This document shows, piece after piece, positions 57,081 through 64,000 of a stretch of DNA of 64,000 bases. Source of the stretch: the human T2T-CHM13v2.0 reference genome, Homo sapiens; assembly GCF_009914755.1 (NCBI RefSeq), contig NC_060940.1; one strand, written 5' to 3'. The position numbers and the translations under genes are program-made. Within the stretch, counting starts at the first letter, position 1; every line of letters begins with the position of its first letter. The notes beneath the pieces were generated by a model. That model saw only the letters and a list, made by a program, of their open reading frames with translations, did not search any database and was not told where the DNA came from.

Positions 57081-57979
57081 ATTGGTAGTAAAAGGGGTGA
57101 TTTCATGTGTGTCCTCTGTTATATATTGGCTTCTTGAATAAAACACATGGAATGTGTTTTATTCTCAGTATTTTGCCTGTGATAGGTTTCTTCAGAAAAT
57201 GCTTACTCAGTGGGTTGATAATTGTCCACTACTATGAGAATTTCACACCCACTTTTCTTTATGTTCTTATATACTTTGAAAAAATTTTTCATTCTAATAG
57301 TCTGTACTATGATAAATACTGTTATTCTTCTTATTTTTTTTTTGAGATGGAGTCTCACTCTGTCACTGAGGCTGGAGAGCAGTGGCATAATCTTGGCTCA
57401 CTGCAGCCTCTGCCTCCTGGGTTCAAGTGATTCTCCTGCCTCAGCCTCCCAAGTAGCTGGGAGTACAGGCGCGTGCCACCACGCCCGGCTAATTTTTGTA
57501 TTTTTAGTAGAGATGGGGTTTCACCATGCTGGCCAGGCTGGTCTGGAACTCCTGACCTTGTGTTCCACCCGCCTTAGCATCCCAAAGTACTGGGATTACA
57601 GGTGTGAGCCACCGTGCCCAGCTGATAAATACTATCATTTTAGAGTTCTTTTTTTTTTTTTTTTTTTTTTTGAGACTCTCACTCTGTTGCCCAGGCTAGA
57701 GTGCGGTGGCATGATCTCGACTCACTGCAACCTCTGCTCCCAGGTTCAAGTGATTCTCCTGCTTCAGCCTTCCAAGTAGCTGGGACTACAGGCACCTGCC
57801 ACCATGCCCGGCTAATTTTTTTGTAGTTTTTAGTAGAGATGGAGTTTCACCATCTTGGCCAGGCTGGTCTTGAACTCCTGACCTCGTGATCCACCCGCCT
57901 CGGCCTCCCAAAGTGCTGGGATTACAGGCGTGAGCCACCACGCCCAGCCTTTTATTTTTTTTTTTTTTATTTTTTTTGA

Positions 57980-58201
<222 letters not shown>

Positions 58202-58258
58202 TGACCTCAAGTGATCTGCCCACCTCAGCCTCCCAAAGTGCTAGGATTATAGGTGTGA

Positions 58259-58481
<223 letters not shown>

Positions 58482-58679
58482 TAGCTGGGATTACAGGCGC
58501 CTGCCACCACGCCTGGCTAATTTTGGTATATTTAGTAGAGATGGGGTTTCACCATGTTGGCCAGGCTGGTCTGGAACTCCTGACCTCAGGTGATCCACCC
58601 ATCTCAGCCTCCCACAGTGCTGGGATTACAGACGTGAGCCACCGTGCCTGGCCTGTTTTTTATCTTAATATTAATTTAA

Positions 58680-59030
<351 letters not shown>

Positions 59031-61970
59031 TGAGAGCCTGTCTCTATGAAAATATTAAAAAATTAGCCAGGTGTGGTGATGCATGCCTGTTGTCCCAGCT
59101 ACACGGGAGGCTGAGGTGGGAGGATCCCTTGAGCCCAGGAATTTGAGGCTGTAGGAATTCAAGGCTGTAGGATTGTGCCACTGCATTTCAGCCTAAGTGA
59201 CAAAGATTGTCTCTAAAAATAAAAAAAGAAAAGTGAGATGTTTCCTATTAAAGAAGCCATTATGGTTCATACGTGTATGTTCTCCTACTCATTCCAGGTA
59301 CTTCTTTGCATTGTTACTGAGATAATGTTTGTTTACCATTCTTCTGCTTCCAGGATTTCCACCAACAGAAACTAAAAACTTAATTATTAAATTAGAGCAC
59401 TGGGGCGTTTTAAAGATTTGTGGATGTGTGTGCGGTACCAAAGCTATTATAACTTGAATTTTCAGCTTTTTTCTGGCCTTTATGATGTTAGTGTGACAGG
59501 TTCATATATTTAAGAAGGTGCTGAGAGGAACATGTTTCTTTAGAGTCCTGGCTTGCTTTATGCGCTTTATCTCATTAACCCTCACAGCAGTTCTATTGCA
59601 TGCATAGATCAGATACAGAAAGGCTCAGAGGTTTTTCTTTTGTTTTTGATACAGGGTCCTGATCTGTCACCCAGGCTGGAGTGCAGTGGCGTGATCACAG
59701 CTCACTGCAGCCTCAAACTCTCAGGCTCAAGTGATCCTTGCACCTCAGCCTCCTGAGTAGCTAGGACCACCGGTATGCACCACTGTGCCTGGCTGATTAA
59801 AAAGAAAAAAATTTGTAGAGATGAGGGTGGGGAGGTCTTACCATGTTACCCAGGCTGGTCCTGAACTTCTGGGCTCAAGCCGTCCTCTGTCCTCGGCCTC
59901 ACAAAATACAGGGATTAACAGACAGGAGCCACTGCACCCAGCCCATTATGTATATAAGATAATACTTCTTGGAAGGAGGTTCTAATTATTTTGTTAATTC
60001 ATTCAGTAAACACTTACTGAGCTCCTGCTCTTTACCATGTACTCTGTCAATTTCTGAAATCCATGAAAATGTCAAGTTCTGCTGAATTAGGTAATAATGG
60101 TAATACCTGAAATTTGTATGGCTTTCACAATTTTTAAAATTATTTTTCACAAGTTAATTCACTTAATCTTCATAATAATTCCCTAAGGATAGGTATTATG
60201 ATTTTATATATAAAGAAATTGAAATCAGGCTGGGCATGGTGGCTCACGCCTATAATCCCAGTACTTTGGGAGGCCACGGTGGGAGGATTGCATGAGATCA
60301 GGAGTTCAAGACCAGTCTGGGCAACGTGATGAAATCCCACCTCTACAATTAAAAAAAAAAAAAAATTAGCTGAGCATGGTGTGCACCTATAGTTTCAGCT
60401 ACTCAGGAGGCTGAGATGGGAAGATCGCTTATACATGGGAAGTCACAGCTGCATTGAGCTGTGATTGCACCATTGTACTCCAGCCCCATGGGTGACAGAG
60501 TGAGACCCTGCCCCCCCCCCAAAAAAAAATAGAAGTAATGGAATTAAACCACTTACATGGATGTAAGCTCTGAAGGGATGGACATATGGGAAGCACAATC
60601 TCTTCTAAAAAGTAATAACCTTCTTTTGAAAAATAGTATTCTTCTCTGGTGCCATTTATCTACTTTTAGTTTGGCTGGGGTTGCTGTGCCACTTTTCTAA
60701 CCATGCTCTTCCCCTGTCATTGCTGCAAAGCCCATGAGTGGGAAGGAGAGTGTGGCTATGACTGTCCAGGCTCCTTAGTACTTCCAATGGCTCAAAAACG
60801 ACCATTTGCTTCTGGAGTGGGAAGCCTACTGACTTAAATATTGATCCCTGATCATTTTTTTTTAAAAGTCTGGATATCTGACATAGAAAAAGTGAGTTAT
60901 TTCTGAGTGAAAAGACTGTGGCCTGAATCTTTACAGTACGTTAACGGTAAAGTAATAAAATGTAGCCTTCTGTTAGATTATTAGCCAAGGCATATGTTTG
61001 GCCTTTCTTTTTCCTTTTTTCCCATTTTTAAAACATGAATTAAAATGCTCACTCACTGGGGAGGCCGAGGTGGGCAGATTACTTGAGCCCAGGAGTTCGT
61101 GACCAGCCTGGGCAACATGGTGAAACCCTGTCTCTACAAAAAATACAAAAATTAGCCGAACATTGTGGCATGCACCTGTAATCCCAGGTACTTGGGAGGC
61201 TGAGGTGGAAGGATTGCTTGAACCCAGGACATTGAGGCTGTAGTGACTGTGATTGAGCCACTGCACTCCAGCCTGGATAATAGAGCAAGACCCTGTCTCA
61301 AAAAAATAAAATTAAAAATTTTAAAATGCTCACTTACTCTCATAACTGGTGAGACTTTTGTGTTAATCTTAGATAAAAGCTGACTACTTCAGTTTTTAAC
61401 TATAAAGACCCAGTGAGCAAGCTTGAGTTCTGACTCATTTGTACTGGCTGCTGAGTAATCTATACAAATAGTGCTTTATGATTTTATGCTATCTTAAAAA
61501 AACAAATGGAAGATTGGAGATAAATTCAGGAGCAGATGACAAGGGTTTTTAGCCATGGCTTTGCCGTAGGCTGGCTGTGACTTAGAAGAAGTTTTCTGAT
61601 TTCTTTAGGCCTCAGATTTCTTAGGTTTCAGTTTAAATATCTTTATAAATAAGCATGTTGTAGGAGTCTCTCAACTTATCCTGGTTGAGAGAGCTGCCTG
61701 AAAAAAAATTTTTTTTAGGTAAAAATGAACATGTTGGACTGAATTATTACTGAGGTCTCCTGTAGCTCTGAAATTCTGTTATCTATTGTCTTTGTGCACA
61801 GGACACTTTGTGTGTGTGGTGGCAGGTGGTAAACACAATACACTTGGAGTTAATAGTTATTTCATTAATCTTCTCTAAGTATGGTAATTTAACTAGGCTA
61901 TATTTGGGTATAGCTCTATAATTCATGTATATGTATTATAGTGGTGAATCTTTCTTCTTTCCTAGAATAA

Positions 61971-62453
<483 letters not shown>

Positions 62454-63433
62454 TAGCCAGGATGGTCTTGATCTCCTGACCTCGTGATCCACCTGCCTCG
62501 GCCTCCCAAAGTGCTGGGATTACAGGCATGAGTCACTGTGCCTGGCCTGTTACAAACAATTTTTTAAAATCTCAAATCATAAGAGGTCTGAAGGTAGACT
62601 CTTTTAGGACTGATGCAGCACTCTATGATAATCATGTTTGTTCTGTTATTCATAATAAGGTTGTTTATCTCATGATTGCAACTCCAGACATCTTATCCAA
62701 AGCTGCCTTGAGGCATAAATTCAAAGCAGGAAGAAGGGGAAAGGGAAAGATACTGGTTGGGTCTGTCCTCTTTATCAAGAAAAGCTTTCCCAGATGCCCC
62801 TTACAGATTTTAGCTTACATCTTGTTGGCCATAACTAGTGGAATGGTTACCAGTAACTGCAAGGGGCATTGGAGAAGTGAGTATTTAACTTTATGGTGAA
62901 GATAGATAGGAGAGAGAGGAGGATTGGGAGTGGGTATTGGATTAGCCATCCAAGTGTCTAATACATACTTGTTAAGTTTGCAGTACCTGTAAGACATCAG
63001 GTCTGGTTCAGGAACTTTTCATTGTTTAGCCATAAATACCATATTATGAACCATGGAACTACAGTTGATTGATATTAGGAAAGATTAAATAACCTAAGGA
63101 AAATTAGATCAGGACCATCAAGGGCCATCATGGAAGAGCTGGGGAATAGGGAGATGTTAATTTAATGGCTGGATCACTGGAGATGTCAACTCAAAGAACA
63201 TTCTAATATATCTCTGGAATATGAGGCAGTCCCTCCAAAGGCAGAACAAATAGTATTGCAGAATGTGATGATTTATGTTTAGCTGAGAATCTTAAGTGCA
63301 TGTAATGGCAGTTAATAGTCATTACTACACATATGATTAGAATACAAGCCTAGAGACTAAATAATTTGCTCAAGTCCATGCTATGAGTCAGTAATAGTGC
63401 AAGAGGGGGAAAGAAAATAACTCAGTTCTCTGA

Positions 63434-63810
<377 letters not shown>

Positions 63811-64000
63811 TGACCTCATGATCTGCCTGCCTTGGCCTCCCAAAGTGCTGGAATTACAGGCATGAGCCACTGTGCCCAACTCCAGGTTTTGCATTTTTAA
63901 GCGAAGGTACCCATAACTTACTTAAGCCTCTTGATGGTTTTATGTAAGTATTTAGAAAATGTATGTTCCAATGCAAGAAAGTCAGATTTTTTTTTTTTTT

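Noticed and set aside
61667-61692. 9-bp perfect inverted repeat tctctcaac/gttgagaga
   Set aside because: Compatible with chance or a degenerate MER5-like TIR remnant within a MIR; no supporting context

Overview
Human (primate) genomic DNA from the UTP4-SNTB2 interval, recognised as 16q22.1 from the protein sequences. It holds the last four coding exons and poly(A) signal of UTP4/CIRH1A (+; 1696-7621) and an ~18 kb intergenic stretch. These are followed by the CpG-island promoter and exon 1 of SNTB2 (beta-2-syntrophin, +; CDS 25817-26396) and ~37.6 kb of SNTB2 intron 1. Roughly 40% of the window is Alu (about 90 elements or fragments by manual count), which explains most ORF-track entries. 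LTRs (MER41A, MLT1B, MLT2), hAT fossils, L1/L2/MIR remnants and a Y3 RNA pseudogene are also present. No new protein-coding system was found. The notable items are: (1) a nested locus at 13007-14601, where a MER3 has an internally inverted core with swapped Alu TSDs (an Alu-mediated inversion) and one Alu hosts a U6 snRNA-KRT18 mRNA chimeric retrocopy whose tail became a palindromic microsatellite; (2) a 41-nt L1HS-type micro-insertion at 49134-49197; (3) an in-frame cryptic donor in SNTB2 exon 1 that would delete the PDZ domain. Repeat-family names and reference comparisons come from recalled consensus sequences, not from a database search.
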